From: a bacterium
GTDB lineage: Bacteria > UBP18 > UBA7526
Length of the DNA: 64,000 bases
Direction of reading: 5' to 3'
Assembly (NCBI GenBank): GCA_030615855.1
Contig: JAUWYL010000003.1
Location: 2,384 to 66,383 of the forward strand
Position 1 is the stretch's first letter; every line of letters begins with the position of its first letter. Under the pieces are notes generated by a model, which saw only the letters and a program-made list of their open reading frames with translations, was not told the origin of the DNA and did not search any database. Below are positions 1-10,450 of this stretch, one piece after another. The position numbers and the translations under genes were made by a program.

Positions 1-518
1 CCCATGATAGGGTCTACCCCAGTAGTTGGCTCATCATACAAGACGATCTCTGGCTCCATGGCGATGGCCCGAGCCAGGCCTACCCTTTTCTTCATCCCTC
101 CAGAGAGTTCGGCCGGCTTGAGGCTCTCAATCCTCACCAGACCAACCAGCCCCAGCTTCTCGTTAACAATTCTTCTTGTCTCTTCTCTGCTCAAATTGGT
201 ATGCCTTCCCAACCCGAAGCCCACATTCTCTTCCACAGTCAGGGAATCGAAGAGGGCTGCCCCCTGGAAGAGCATACCAAACTTCTTTCTCACCTCATTC
301 AGTTTTCTCTCATCCAGCTTCGTTATATCGCGACCATCGATTAGTATCCTTCCCTTATCTGGCTTCAGGATGCCGATGATGTGCTTTAATAGGACGCTCT
401 TCCCACAGCCGCTTCTACCAATGATAACAAAGGTCTTTCCCTTCTCAATCTTAAGATTCACCCCTCTTAAAACCTTATTATCACCAAACGATTTGTGGAG
501 ATTTTCAATAACAATCAC
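1..518 (-). CDS. mlaF: ABC transporter ATP-binding protein, MlaF-like (N-terminal part; gene runs past window start)
   Basis: Minus-strand translation from GTG at 518 gives VIVIENLHKSFGDNKVLRGVNLKIEKGKTFVIIGRSGCGKSVLLK...LSGGMKKRVGLARAI...LYDEPTTGVD (Walker A, ABC signature, Walker B). GAGGA Shine-Dalgarno 5 nt upstream. The listed + ORF 4..579 is its antisense shadow. Confidence 0.8.
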   Translation of the reverse strand, partial: MIVIENLHKSFGDNKVLRGVNLKIEKGKTFVIIGRSGCGKSVLLKHIIGILKPDKGRILIDGRDITKLDERKLNEVRKKFGMLFQGAALFDSLTVEENVGFGLGRHTNLSREETRRIVNEKLGLVGLVRIESLKPAELSGGMKKRVGLARAIAMEPEIVLYDEPTTGVDPIM

Positions 519-640
519 GACATCCTCGTTTCACTTAGAGTTTGTTAGTTTGTTAGCGCGCTCACTTCGTTCGCTTTAGTTGTTAGTTAAAGGATTTTAC
601 TAACTACTAAAGGGCGAAGCCCGTCCTAACTACTAACCAA
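519..640. repeat. palindromic intergenic element built from gtttgttagtt ... aactaactactaa k-mers
   Basis: The left arm k-mers are reverse complements of those on the right arm. Lies in the mlaF-mlaE spacer. Confidence 0.6.
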
Positions 641-1411
641 CTAAAATAAGGCAGCGGTTAGAAAGTAATCGGCAGCCAAAATCATGACGCAGGAAGTAAC
701 CACTGAAATGGTAGTTGCTCTTCCTACGCCTTCTGCTCCTCCTTCCGTCTTGAATCCCTCATAACATCCGATAATGGTGATAATTGCTCCGAAGACAAAG
801 GCCTTTATCAAGGCAGAGGAGATATCATTCATGGTCAGGGCTTCTATGGTGCCATCTATATACTGTCGAGAGCCGATACCCAGTTTACGCACCCCGATGA
901 AATAGCCACCCGCAATGCCTATGGCATTGGCATAGATAGTAAGTATCGGGGTCATAATAACCCCAGCAATGAACCTGGGGACGACGAGGTACTTAATAGG
1001 GTTGGTGGCTAAGGTCTCTAAGGCGTCTATCTGTTCGGTAACCTTCATGGTCCCCAGCTCTGCGGTAATCCCTGCCCCTACCCTTCCGGCAAGCATTAAA
1101 GCGGTCAGGACCGGACCCAGTTCCCGGACCATGCCCAAGGCTACTCCTCCCGCTACAATACCCATGGTCTCAACGAACTTGGCCGCATGGCCTCCCTGAA
1201 GGGCAGAGACCATTCCAATACAGAGAGCAACCAGGCTCACCACAGGAAAGGATTTTATTCCAATCTCTATCATCTGATTGGTAATATTCTTAAGGCCCAG
1301 AGGTGGCCTCACCATCCAGACCAAGGTCCTGAAGAATAGGATGACCACCTCTCCCAGATGTCTCAAGATATAGGTCGTCCACTTGCCGATGAACTCAAAG
1401 AATCTTTTCAT
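641..1411 (-). CDS. mlaE: ABC transporter permease MlaE-like (phospholipid/organic-solvent ABC system)
   Basis: 256 aa multi-TM protein typical of the MlaE/Ttg2B family. Lies directly upstream of the MlaF-like ATPase. Confidence 0.8.
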   Translation of the reverse strand: MKRFFEFIGKWTTYILRHLGEVVILFFRTLVWMVRPPLGLKNITNQMIEIGIKSFPVVSLVALCIGMVSALQGGHAAKFVETMGIVAGGVALGMVRELGPVLTALMLAGRVGAGITAELGTMKVTEQIDALETLATNPIKYLVVPRFIAGVIMTPILTIYANAIGIAGGYFIGVRKLGIGSRQYIDGTIEALTMNDISSALIKAFVFGAIITIIGCYEGFKTEGGAEGVGRATTISVVTSCVMILAADYFLTAALF

Positions 1412-1561
1412 GCCTCACTTCCGTTCGGAGTGATCTGTGATCTGTGATCTGTGATCGGTTACTAAAGGTCACCAAGCAATCCGGCGAGCACCCCGACAGG
1501 TGTCGGGGGCGGGAGACCCGGATAGCCTTATTCTGTTCATTGTTCATTGTTCATTGTTCAT
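1412..1561. repeat. 5' leader with tandem gtgatct (x3) and ttgttcat (x4) repeats
   Basis: gagtgatctgtgatctgtgatctgtgatcgg and ttgttcattgttcattgttcattgttcattg read directly. Confidence 0.75.
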
Positions 1562-2675
1562 TGAGATAGATGCGGGGGACCCTCTCTGCAATCCTGCAGA
1601 CTATCTCATGGGGAACGGTATCTACCTTCTTCGCTATCCCCTCAACAGAGACCCTCTCCTTCCCCTGCTCTCCTATTAGAACTACCTCGTCGCCTACCTT
1701 GACATCGGGAACTTCACCCACATCTATGATCGTCTGGTCCATACAGACCCTTCCCGCGATCCTTACTCTCTTACCCTTTATGATAACTTCTCCTTTATTT
1801 GAAAGGAGACGATTATAGCCATCCTCATACCCAATGGGAAGGATGGCGATGGTGGTGTTTTTATTCGTAACATAGGTCTTTCCGTAACTTATAGTAGCAC
1901 CTTTCTTAACCCTCTTGAGATATGTCACCTTACTCTTAAGGCTCATCACGGGATGGAGGTCCAGGGATCTTGAGACATATTCTGAAGGATAGATGCCATA
2001 GAGGGCGAGTCCGGGCCTTACCATATTGAAGTAGCTCTCTGGGAAGTTTAGGACCCCGGCTGAGTTTGCCGCATGCCTTAAGGGAATATCTGCTTTCTCT
2101 CCTTTCAGTTTTTCTAGAACCTCTTTAAACCTTCTTATCTGCTCTTTAGTAAAGCTTTTATCCTCTTCATCCGCTGTTGAGAAATGGGTAAAGATCCCCT
2201 CCACTTCCAGTTCGGGAATCTTTACCACCTCTTTAATTAACTTCAGGGCCCTCTGGTAAGGAACCCCGGTCCTCCCCATCCCAGTATCTACTTCAATGTG
2301 GATCTTGAGCCTTTTCTTCAACCTCTTACATTCTTCTGCTAAAGCAAGGGCGATCTCTTTGGTGCATATCGTTTGGGTAATATCCTTCTCTATGATCCCG
2401 GATGCTTTCTCAAGCATGGTGGGACCCAGGATGAGAATGGCTGATTCGATCTCTTCTTTACGAAGGAAGAAGGCCTCAAAGGGAGAGGTTACACCAAAGT
2501 AATTCACCCCTTCCTTCTCCAGGGCCCTTGAGATCTGGACCATCCCATGGCCATAACCTTGGGCCTTAACGATGGCCATGATTCCAACATCTGGGCCTAC
2601 TCTTTTCTTAATCTCCTTGAAGTTATGGACCAAGGCACCTAAATCAATCTCTGCCCAGGTGGATCGGCTGTCCAT
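1551..2675 (-). CDS. alr: alanine racemase
   Basis: 374 aa. PLP-Lys motif region IMAIVKAQGYGHG. Overall architecture of bacterial Alr. Confidence 0.85.
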   Translation of the reverse strand: MDSRSTWAEIDLGALVHNFKEIKKRVGPDVGIMAIVKAQGYGHGMVQISRALEKEGVNYFGVTSPFEAFFLRKEEIESAILILGPTMLEKASGIIEKDITQTICTKEIALALAEECKRLKKRLKIHIEVDTGMGRTGVPYQRALKLIKEVVKIPELEVEGIFTHFSTADEEDKSFTKEQIRRFKEVLEKLKGEKADIPLRHAANSAGVLNFPESYFNMVRPGLALYGIYPSEYVSRSLDLHPVMSLKSKVTYLKRVKKGATISYGKTYVTNKNTTIAILPIGYEDGYNRLLSNKGEVIIKGKRVRIAGRVCMDQTIIDVGEVPDVKVGDEVVLIGEQGKERVSVEGIAKKVDTVPHEIVCRIAERVPRIYLNEQ

Positions 2676-2819
2676 TTTCCCTCACTCTGTTCGGGAGTTA
2701 ACAGTTTACCCGTCCCGACATCCGTCGGGACTGTTTACCGTTTACCGTAAACCGTTCCAGCCAGAGGCTGGTCCGCCTTTGGCGGAAACCGTAAACCCCA
2801 TCTTGCCTCGCTTATCAGA

Positions 2820-4181
2820 TCATTCTGCTCTCTTGGCTAAGTTCTCGAACTTGGTGTATTCCTTTATGAAAGCCAGTTGCAGTGTTCCAGTGGGACCGTT
2901 GCGCTGCTTTCCGATATTTATCTCTGCAATTCGCTGATCCGCTGGAATGTCCGGATTATAGAGTTCTTCCCTAAAAATAAAGGCCACCAGGTCGGCATCC
3001 TGTTCAATGGCGCCACTCTCTCTTAAATCAGAAAGGCGGGGTCGTGGATCTTGCCTCTGCTCTGACGCCCGGGATAATTGGGATAGAGCAACTACCGGGA
3101 CATTCAGCTCTCGGGCTAAAGACTTCAGAGATCTTGAGATCTCTGAGATCTCCTGTTGCCTGTTCTCTATTCTCCCTGAACCAGACATAAGTTGAAGATA
3201 GTCGACGATTATTAAACCGATATTATGTTCGGCTTTCAATCTTCTTGCCTTGGCCCTCACTTCCCAAACACTTATGGCTGGAGTATCGTCTATGAATATT
3301 GGCGCTTCGGCCAACCTTCCGGCAGCAATGGTCAATTTCGGCCAGTCGGATTCTGATAGATAACCGGTCCTCACCTTCTGGGCATCGACCCTTGCTTCAG
3401 AGCAGAGCATCCTCTGGACTAATTGATCCATTGACATCTCCAAGGAAAATATAGCAACCGGGATTTTCTCCTCCACCCCGGCCTTATGGGCGATCCCCAA
3501 GGCAAAGGAGGTCTTCCCCATACTGGGCCTTCCCGCAATGATTATTAATTCAGAACCATGCAATCCAGAGGTTTTCAGGTCAAACTCATTATAGCCGGTG
3601 GGAATGCCAGTGACATGCTCCTTCTTGGCATATAACTCCTCGATGGTCTGGAAACTATCCTTTATGATGTGCTTTAATAGTACGAAGTCCTGCCTTATCT
3701 TCTCCTGGGTAACGGAAAAGATTATCTTCTCCGCGCTGTCTACGATCCTGTCCACCTCTTCTGCGCTTTCAAAACTCAGATTCTTTATCTCATCACAAGC
3801 ATTAATCAGTCCCCTCAATATCGCCTTCTCTAATACGATCTTGGCGTAGTATTCCACATTAGCTGCCGTAGGAACGGAGTTTATCAGTTCTGTTAAGTAG
3901 GCTGCTCCCCCAATGGCCTCCAGGTCTCCCTTCCTCCTCAGTTCCTCAGTTATGGTCACCAGATCTGCTGGCTCATTCTTCATGAAGAGATCAATGATTG
4001 CCGAATAGATCTTCTTATGGGCTTCCTTATAGAAGGGCTCCTCATTCCCCAAAACCTCGATGCCCTTTCCAATGGCCTCCTTCTCAACGAGCATGGAGCC
4101 GATTACCGATTTCTCGGCCTCAATATTCTGGGGAGGAACCCTTGCCGTCAATTCCTCTTTTCGCATTATTTCTGCGCACAT
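2820..4181 (-). CDS. dnaB: replicative DNA helicase DnaB
   Basis: 453 aa. N-terminal DnaB domain (VPPQNIEAEKSVIGSML). Walker A GRPSMGKTSFAL. RecA-like C-terminal domain. Confidence 0.9.
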   Translation of the reverse strand: MCAEIMRKEELTARVPPQNIEAEKSVIGSMLVEKEAIGKGIEVLGNEEPFYKEAHKKIYSAIIDLFMKNEPADLVTITEELRRKGDLEAIGGAAYLTELINSVPTAANVEYYAKIVLEKAILRGLINACDEIKNLSFESAEEVDRIVDSAEKIIFSVTQEKIRQDFVLLKHIIKDSFQTIEELYAKKEHVTGIPTGYNEFDLKTSGLHGSELIIIAGRPSMGKTSFALGIAHKAGVEEKIPVAIFSLEMSMDQLVQRMLCSEARVDAQKVRTGYLSESDWPKLTIAAGRLAEAPIFIDDTPAISVWEVRAKARRLKAEHNIGLIIVDYLQLMSGSGRIENRQQEISEISRSLKSLARELNVPVVALSQLSRASEQRQDPRPRLSDLRESGAIEQDADLVAFIFREELYNPDIPADQRIAEINIGKQRNGPTGTLQLAFIKEYTKFENLAKRAE

Positions 4182-4317
4182 CTCTTACCTCCTTTTATAC
4201 ACGGATTATCACGGATTGTTTACGGATTCGCACAGATTAAAAGTAAATTTTAACTTTTGGCTTCAGTGTCTCAGATTAGTTGTCAACTAACAGTATTTTA
4301 GCCAGTCAGACTATTTA

Positions 4318-4653
4318 TTATTTCTTTAAAGAGCGAAGTCTTAAGATTATTTTAACTAAAAGGTTTAGTTCACCGATAAGAATGAATAGGGTTCCTATGA
4401 AGCAGAGGAGATATCTTGTCTCCTCCTCCACCTCCCTCAGGTCCAGAGAGATGAGTCCGGAGATGAGGATGCCTGTTCCCAGAAGGAGAAAGATAGTCAT
4501 AAGGGAGTCGAAGAGTGTCCAACATCTGAGGAGTTCTATTCCCAGGGAGGCTGCTCCCCTACTCTTATAAAAGACCTTTAGAATAATTCCTATTATTCCC
4601 AAAAGGAGAAGACTGACTCCTCCAATAAGACCCCAGATCTGTGTTTCCGTCAC
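4318..4653 (-). CDS. hypothetical small membrane protein
   Basis: 111 aa. Two or three predicted TM helices. Sits between rplI and dnaB, where a small membrane protein is common. No recognisable domain. Confidence 0.35.
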   Translation of the reverse strand: MTETQIWGLIGGVSLLLLGIIGIILKVFYKSRGAASLGIELLRCWTLFDSLMTIFLLLGTGILISGLISLDLREVEEETRYLLCFIGTLFILIGELNLLVKIILRLRSLKK

Positions 4654-4656
4654 TAT

Positions 4657-5124
4657 CTATTCCTTTACCACCCAGACCTTTATCTTTGTCTCTACCTCAG
4701 GATGGAGTCTAATCAGGGCATGATAGATTCCCAAGGTCTTTATATTATCTACTAAGGATATATTTCTCTTATCGACATCTATTCCCTGGCTATCTAAGGC
4801 CCTCTTGATATCCAAAGGAGTGACCGAGCCGAATATCCGATCATCCTCTCCAGCCTTCACTTTCACAGTACAGGAGATATTTTCTAATTCTTTGGCTAAA
4901 GCAGCTGCCTTCTCTTTCTCCTTCTTCTTCGCTGCCTCTCTCATCCTCTTCTCATGTTCCAGAACCTTGAGGTTCTTGGGACTCGCCTCTAGGGCCAGGC
5001 CCTGTGGCATGAGAAAATTTCGGGCGTAGCCATCCTTTACTTCTATCACATCCCCAATATTTCCTAAATCCTCTATCTTTTCCTTTAAGATAATCCTCAT
5101 TTTGACCTCACTATAATTAGTCAA
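4657..5124 (-). CDS. rplI: 50S ribosomal protein L9
   Basis: MRIILKEKIEDLGNIGDVIEVKDGYARNFLMPQGLA is a classic L9 N-terminus. Confidence 0.9.
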   Translation of the reverse strand: MTNYSEVKMRIILKEKIEDLGNIGDVIEVKDGYARNFLMPQGLALEASPKNLKVLEHEKRMREAAKKKEKEKAAALAKELENISCTVKVKAGEDDRIFGSVTPLDIKRALDSQGIDVDKRNISLVDNIKTLGIYHALIRLHPEVETKIKVWVVKE

Positions 5125-5257
5125 AATAAAAACACCATTAGCTAAGAAGGTGGAATGTAGCTATCCTTAATCTATAGTGAACGATAGGGGAAGAGAAAGG
5201 AAGCAATGGTGGGATTCAAGAGGAAAAAGGAAGAGGAGTATGATGACAAAAACTTAT

Positions 5258-5527
5258 CTACTCGCCCTTAAAAGGTAATAGAGCAATACTCCTTGCCCTC
5301 TTGATTGCTCGGGCAAGCTCCCTCTGATGCCGGGCACAGTTTCCGGTAAACCTCCTGGGCTTTATCTTTCCTCGATCACTAATGTAATTCCTTAAAGTAG
5401 TGGCATCCTTATAATCGATTATCAGGTCTTTTCTGACGCAGAAGCGACAGGGCCTCTTCCTCCTAAAAAAGCGGGGACGAGCACCCCTTCTCGGTCGAAA
5501 TGCTCTCCCTCTTGCCTGATAAACCAT
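5258..5527 (-). CDS. rpsR: 30S ribosomal protein S18
   Basis: [65 protein letters not shown]. The exact start is uncertain. Confidence 0.85.
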   Translation of the reverse strand: MVYQARGRAFRPRRGARPRFFRRKRPCRFCVRKDLIIDYKDATTLRNYISDRGKIKPRRFTGNCARHQRELARAIKRARSIALLPFKGE

Positions 5528-5813
5528 TCTCTTTCCTCCTCTAACACGGATTTTTTCTTATTGCTTATTGTGTGGGTAGAAACCACGGATCAGCACGGAT
5601 TTAGGACAACGCGCTTCGCTTACCTCGTCTAAATAGGAACCTTTCGCTAATGCCCAAGAACCCTGTTTTATTCGCTCTGCTCAGAAAATGAGTCAAGTAA
5701 GTTGTCTCTTTTATTCGCTTCGCTCATAAAATAAAGAGTAAACAAGGTTCTGCCAAAAGCAGGTTCTTATTTATCCGTGTCTATCCGTGTTGTAATCCGT
5801 GTCTATCCGTGTC

Positions 5814-6233
5814 TTAAAAGGGGATTTCTTCCTCTCCTTCCTCTTCTTTAGGTAATGCTTCTTCTACTGCCTTTTCTTCAACTGCCTCTGCCCGAGGAGC
5901 AGCACTCAAGAAGTGAACCCGAAATGCTCTTATCTCAACAACACTTCTCTTCTGTCCCTCTGGTGTCTGCCAGGAGCGCTGCATCAGCCTTCCTTCCACT
6001 AAGACCGGGCTCCCCTTTTTCAAGTATTCACTGCAGACCTCTGCCTGCCTTGCCCAAGCGACGATACGTATGAAGCTTGTCTCTTCTTTCCACTCCCCGG
6101 ATTGATCGGGATATCTTCTGTTATTGGCAATGGAAAAGTTAGTTACCGCCTGTCCGCTGGGGGTATACCTCAATTCTGGATCGTGAGTTAGATTCCCAGA
6201 TATGAATACCCTATTTATATTGATTCTTGCCAT
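5814..6233 (-). CDS. ssb: single-stranded DNA-binding protein
   Basis: OB-fold N-terminus MARININRVFISGNLTHDPELRYTPSGQAV. Acidic C-terminal tail ending EEIPF. Confidence 0.9.
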   Translation of the reverse strand: MARININRVFISGNLTHDPELRYTPSGQAVTNFSIANNRRYPDQSGEWKEETSFIRIVAWARQAEVCSEYLKKGSPVLVEGRLMQRSWQTPEGQKRSVVEIRAFRVHFLSAAPRAEAVEEKAVEEALPKEEEGEEEIPF

Positions 6234-6294
6234 CTTTTATCTCCTTTCTTATGAAGAATCAATAGAGGGGGCAAGTGATAACGCGCCCTCACAT

Positions 6295-6675
6295 TTATTC
6301 TCGCCATCTCTCCCTCCCTCCTCTCCTTTCATATTCTTGAACTCTCGGTCTATATCTTTTCGGCTTCACCTTCTTTGGTTTTGGTTTTCGCTCCTCTATC
6401 CTCACGCTCAGGTATTTGATGATCTCCTCTATTGTTCTATAGCTCCTCTCCAGGCTTTCGATAACTGAGGGGCTAACCTCTAAATTCAAAAAGCAGTAGT
6501 ATCCCTCTTCACATCCCTTTATCGGGTAGGCTAACCTCCTCACCCCCCACTCATCGAGACCCAGAAGTTTTCCCCCACCTGAAGTTATTATTCCCTTTAA
6601 CTTCTCAATGAGTTCCTTCCTCTTCTCTTCTTTCAATTCGGGATTTATTACGAATATTGATTCATACCTGTTCAT
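6295..6675 (-). CDS. rpsF: 30S ribosomal protein S6
   Basis: MNRYESIFVINPELKEEKRKELIEK...GVRRLAYPI. Lies in the rpsF-ssb-rpsR-rplI cluster. Confidence 0.9.
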   Translation of the reverse strand: MNRYESIFVINPELKEEKRKELIEKLKGIITSGGGKLLGLDEWGVRRLAYPIKGCEEGYYCFLNLEVSPSVIESLERSYRTIEEIIKYLSVRIEERKPKPKKVKPKRYRPRVQEYERRGGRERWRE

Positions 6676-6689
6676 AAGGCCTCTTTTCG

Positions 6690-6806
6690 GAGTAACCAGT
6701 AACCAGTTTACAGTTTTTGAAAGAAGTAACCAGTTACCAGTAACCAGTTCTTTACTGTAAACTGTTCGCTGGTTACTGTAAACCTCTATTCTACTATCTA
6801 TTCTTT
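6690..6806. repeat. MITE-like element with imperfect terminal inverted repeats (gtaaccagtaaccagtttacagt / actgttcgctggttactgtaaac)
   Basis: Termini shared with 32985..33245. Lies in the rpsF 5' region. Confidence 0.55.
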
Positions 6807-6823
6807 ATGTTAGCACACTAAGA

Positions 6824-7927
6824 CTATCTGGTCAAGTGAAATTTAATGGTAATTATATCTCCCTCTGCTACTCTGTAATCTTTCCCTTCTATTTTCAAAA
6901 GACCCTTCTCCCTTGCTTGGGATAGGGAACCTATCTGAATCAAATCGGAGTAGTTGATCACCTCCGCTTTAATGAATCCCTTCTCCATATCTGAATGTAT
7001 TCTTCCCGCTGCTTCCCTGACGTTTCTCCCCCCTTCCAGAGTCCAAGCGCGAAGTTTCTTCCTCTCCAAGGTGAAGAAGGTAATAAGGCGTAGTAATCTA
7101 TAACTTTCTCTAATCAACTTCTCTAATCCTATCTCCCCTATTCCCAGCTCAGCTCGAAACTGGGCGCGCTCCTCCTCTGGTAGTTCCTGCATCTCAGACT
7201 CTAATTGAGCACAGATTCCTATTGCATTATACTTCTTCAAATCTTCTGGAACTTCCTCTTCCTCACCCAGATTGGCAACATAGAGGACCGGCTTCAGAGA
7301 GAGAAGATGGTATTCTTTCAAAACCTCTCTCTCTTTTTCATTTAATTCTGGTAGTTCTCCCTGCTTGAGCGATTCCCCCACCTTCTCAAGTAACCTAAGT
7401 TCTTCCTTTGCCTCAGGGTCCTTCTTTATTTTCTCTCTTCTTTTTTCAATGATCTCCAGATCCGCCAAGGCGAGTTCCAGATTGATGATCTCTATATCTT
7501 TTATCGGATTGAGGCCTCCGGCCTGGGCTCCGCCCCAAGAGGGGCTCTGTCCCGGTGGGAGGGGCCTCTGGCCTGGAAGGTCGGGAGTGATGTGGGCAAT
7601 ATTGGGATCCGGGAAGCACCTCACGATATGGACTATGGCCTCCACTTCCCTTATCTTTGCTAAGAACCGATTTCCCAGTCCTTGCCCCTTGCTCGCTCCT
7701 TCAACCAATCCCGCGATATCCAAGAACTTAATGGTGGTTGGGGTCACCTCGGATGCCTCAATGAGCTCTTTTAACTTCGCCAATCTCTCATCCGGGACCT
7801 CCACCACCCCGATATTGGGCTCTATGGTAGTGAAGGGATATCTCTCAACCTTAGCATGTCCCCTGGTTAGGGCATTGAATAGGGTTGTCTTCCCCACATT
7901 GGGAAGTCCCACGATTCCGATCTGCAA
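6824..7927 (-). CDS. ychF: ribosome-binding ATPase YchF (Obg-family GTPase)
   Basis: LQIGIVGLPNVGKTTLFNALT G1 motif. C-terminal TGS domain. Start is most likely the TTG at 7927, which follows the conserved leader with its GTGAGG Shine-Dalgarno. The tracked ORF extends to 7951 by translating that leader. Confidence 0.8.
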   Translation of the reverse strand: MQIGIVGLPNVGKTTLFNALTRGHAKVERYPFTTIEPNIGVVEVPDERLAKLKELIEASEVTPTTIKFLDIAGLVEGASKGQGLGNRFLAKIREVEAIVHIVRCFPDPNIAHITPDLPGQRPLPPGQSPSWGGAQAGGLNPIKDIEIINLELALADLEIIEKRREKIKKDPEAKEELRLLEKVGESLKQGELPELNEKEREVLKEYHLLSLKPVLYVANLGEEEEVPEDLKKYNAIGICAQLESEMQELPEEERAQFRAELGIGEIGLEKLIRESYRLLRLITFFTLERKKLRAWTLEGGRNVREAAGRIHSDMEKGFIKAEVINYSDLIQIGSLSQAREKGLLKIEGKDYRVAEGDIITIKFHLTR

Positions 7928-8084
7928 GATAAGCCTCACTTCGTTCGGCAAGACGCAGATTCAGACAGATGTCTGCGGATTCAAACGGATAATTCGTCGA
8001 AAAGGAGTTTTCCGTCTGCATTCGCCACAATCCGTTTGCATCCTTTTTCAAAAATTAATATAAATAAAAATTGGCCAAGAGGCC

Positions 8085-8315
8085 GATGAGACAGGATACT
8101 AGGTGATTAGGAGATTAGGATTTGGAAACTGGGATATTTGGATATTAGGAACGCCTTTGTCCCCAATCCCCTAGTCCCCTAATCATCCATCCTCCGTAGC
8201 AGTTGCACTGCTACTGCGGAGGACGGGCCAAATCCCAGTCTCCCAGTCACCCAATCTCCTAAATTTACTAATCCACCTAATTATTCTGTTCACCGTTCAC
8301 TGATCACCGATCACC
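8085..8315. repeat. ~230-bp imperfect palindrome centred on hairpin tcctccgtagcagt-tgca-actgctactgcggagga
   Basis: Flanking arms (ttaggagattaggatttggaaactggg / cccagtctcccagtcacccaatctcctaa) are reverse complements. Lies between hppA and ychF. Confidence 0.55.
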
Positions 8316-8319
8316 GGAA

Positions 8320-10383
8320 TTAGAATATCCTCTCAACCAGTGCCATAAGGTGCTCATTGAGAAATAGGATAACGGGCGAGAAGACCAGGGAGACAATGGC
8401 CATGAGCTTCAATAGAATGTTCAAAGAGGGTCCGGCGGTATCCTTGAAGGGATCCCCTACCGTATCCCCGATAATAGAATCCTTATGGACTTGAGAACCC
8501 TTTCCTCCCAAGTTTCCTTCCTCAATGTACTTCTTGGCATTGTCCCAGGCACCACCAGTATTGGCGAGCATGATGGCCAAAGGGACACCGGTCACTAAGG
8601 AACCGATTAGAAACCCGCCCAGGGTCTCCACTCCCAAAAGGATGCCAATTATGAAGGGGATGATGACCGCCATGATCCCGGGAACAATCATCTCCCTTAG
8701 AGCGCCCCGGGTAGTGATGTCTACGCATTTATAGGAGTCAGGCATCACCTTCCCTTCCATGAGGCCTTTTATCTCCTTAAACTGCCTCCTCACCTCCTCC
8801 ACCACCTTATGAGCCGTCCTCCCCACGGCCTGCATGGTCATTGAGCAGAAAAGAAAAGGAACCACTCCCCCTATAAATAATCCGGCAACCACCTTTGCCT
8901 TGAGGCAGTCGATGAGGGTGAGGTTCACTACTTTAGAATAAGCGACGAACAAGGCAAGAGCAGTCAGGGCAGCGGAACCGATGGCGAATCCCTTTCCAAT
9001 GGCAGCCGTGGTATTCCCCACGGCATCCAGCCTCTCCGCCCTCTTTCTCACCTCTGGCCCCATACCAGCCATCTCGGCAATCCCGGCCGCATTATCGGCA
9101 ATGGGACCATAGGCATCGACCGCCACGGTCATTCCCGTTATGGATAACATGCCAATGGCAGATAAGGCGACTCCGAAGATCCCTTCTAACCAGTAAGCGA
9201 TAATGGTCGCCAGGCCAATGGCCACCATGGGAAGGGCAGTAGATCTCATCCCTATCGCCAATCCTTGAATGATATTGGTTGCCGGACCAGTAGTCGTTGC
9301 CTGGGCGATCTGACGCACCGCTTTTCCAGAGGTGAAATACTCTGCAGTGAATCCCACAACGAGACCAGCTACCAGACCGGCTAAAACACTGAAAAAGGTA
9401 TTGAATATTTTCCAGGATTCGTTATACCAGTAAGTAGTCAGAATGAAGGCCCCAATTATCAAGGCCAGGGCGCTCGATACCATACCGTTGCGCAGTGCTC
9501 TCTGAGGATCCTGGCCCTCCTTCATTCTCACGAAGAATACTCCAATAATGGAAGCGAGGATTCCCCAGCCAGCCAATAGCAGAGCAAGCATCATCCCCTT
9601 GGTATTGAGTGCTGCAGCAGCGATGATTAGACAGGCGATGATGGCCCCCACATAGGACTCATATAGATCAGCGCCCATGCCCGCCACATCTCCCACATTG
9701 TCGCCCACATTATCGGCAATGACTGCGGGATTCCGGGGGTCGTCCTCTGGTATTCCTCTCTCAACCTTTCCCACCAGATCAGCACCAACATCCGCAGCCT
9801 TAGTGAAGATTCCCCCTCCCACCCTGGCGAATAAGGCCACCAGGGAAGCGCCCATAGAAAATCCCACGATGAGTGAAGTAGCCTCTATGATTCTATTCGA
9901 TAATTCCATCTCTCCTTTACCAATGAAGAGTAGAAAGACCAGGGAGAGGCCTAATAGGCCAAGGGAAACCACAGAGAGGCCCATCACCGCTCCTCCGGGA
10001 AAGGCGATGGAAAGCGCCTCGTTGAAGCTCTTCTTCGCTCCCTGGGCAGTACGGGCATTGGACTTGGTGGCGATCTGCATCCCAAAGTAGCCAGCCAAAA
10101 GGGAGAAGAAGGCGCCCACTAAGAAGGCCAAAGCGGTCTTCTTCGCCACAGCGAAGAAAAGGATTAAGGCGATAGCCAGGATGAAGAAGGCGATCGCCTT
10201 ATACTCTCGATATAAAAAAGCCATGGCTCCCCGATGAATGCTATCCGAGATCTGAACCATCCTCTCACTTCCCGCATCCTTCCTCAGGATTCTTCGGGAG
10301 AGAATGAGAACGAAGAAGAGACCCACTATCCCACAAGCCAGGGCAGCTATTAAAGATGTTAAATCACCGAATATCGGAATCAT
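8320..10383 (-). CDS. hppA: membrane-bound proton- or sodium-translocating pyrophosphatase
   Basis: 687 aa polytopic protein. Signature motifs [19 protein letters not shown] and DNVGDNVGD. Confidence 0.9.
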   Translation of the reverse strand: MIPIFGDLTSLIAALACGIVGLFFVLILSRRILRKDAGSERMVQISDSIHRGAMAFLYREYKAIAFFILAIALILFFAVAKKTALAFLVGAFFSLLAGYFGMQIATKSNARTAQGAKKSFNEALSIAFPGGAVMGLSVVSLGLLGLSLVFLLFIGKGEMELSNRIIEATSLIVGFSMGASLVALFARVGGGIFTKAADVGADLVGKVERGIPEDDPRNPAVIADNVGDNVGDVAGMGADLYESYVGAIIACLIIAAAALNTKGMMLALLLAGWGILASIIGVFFVRMKEGQDPQRALRNGMVSSALALIIGAFILTTYWYNESWKIFNTFFSVLAGLVAGLVVGFTAEYFTSGKAVRQIAQATTTGPATNIIQGLAIGMRSTALPMVAIGLATIIAYWLEGIFGVALSAIGMLSITGMTVAVDAYGPIADNAAGIAEMAGMGPEVRKRAERLDAVGNTTAAIGKGFAIGSAALTALALFVAYSKVVNLTLIDCLKAKVVAGLFIGGVVPFLFCSMTMQAVGRTAHKVVEEVRRQFKEIKGLMEGKVMPDSYKCVDITTRGALREMIVPGIMAVIIPFIIGILLGVETLGGFLIGSLVTGVPLAIMLANTGGAWDNAKKYIEEGNLGGKGSQVHKDSIIGDTVGDPFKDTAGPSLNILLKLMAIVSLVFSPVILFLNEHLMALVERIF

Positions 10384-10450
10384 CTCTCCCTCCCTTCGGT
10401 CGGAGTGATCTGTGATCAGTGATCGGTGATCTGTATTTTTTGTTCACGGT

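Noticed and set aside
4-579. 191-aa plus-strand ORF at the window start
   Set aside because: It is antisense to a well-supported minus-strand MlaF-like ABC ATPase (Walker A/B and signature motif read on the reverse strand). The plus-strand translation is low-complexity with no motifs.
1412-1561. Possible CRISPR array suggested by regularly repeated short units (also 14297-14331, 29591-29638 and elsewhere)
   Set aside because: Units are 7-14 bp and directly abutting, with no 25-40-bp spacers. No cas genes are present. These are microsatellite-like k-mer arrays.
7365-8063. 232-aa plus-strand ORF
   Set aside because: Lies entirely within and antisense to ychF. Low-complexity Ser/Pro-rich translation.
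9677-10090. 137-aa plus-strand ORF inside the pyrophosphatase gene
   Set aside because: Antisense shadow ORF in a GC-skewed coding region. Pro/Ser-rich.
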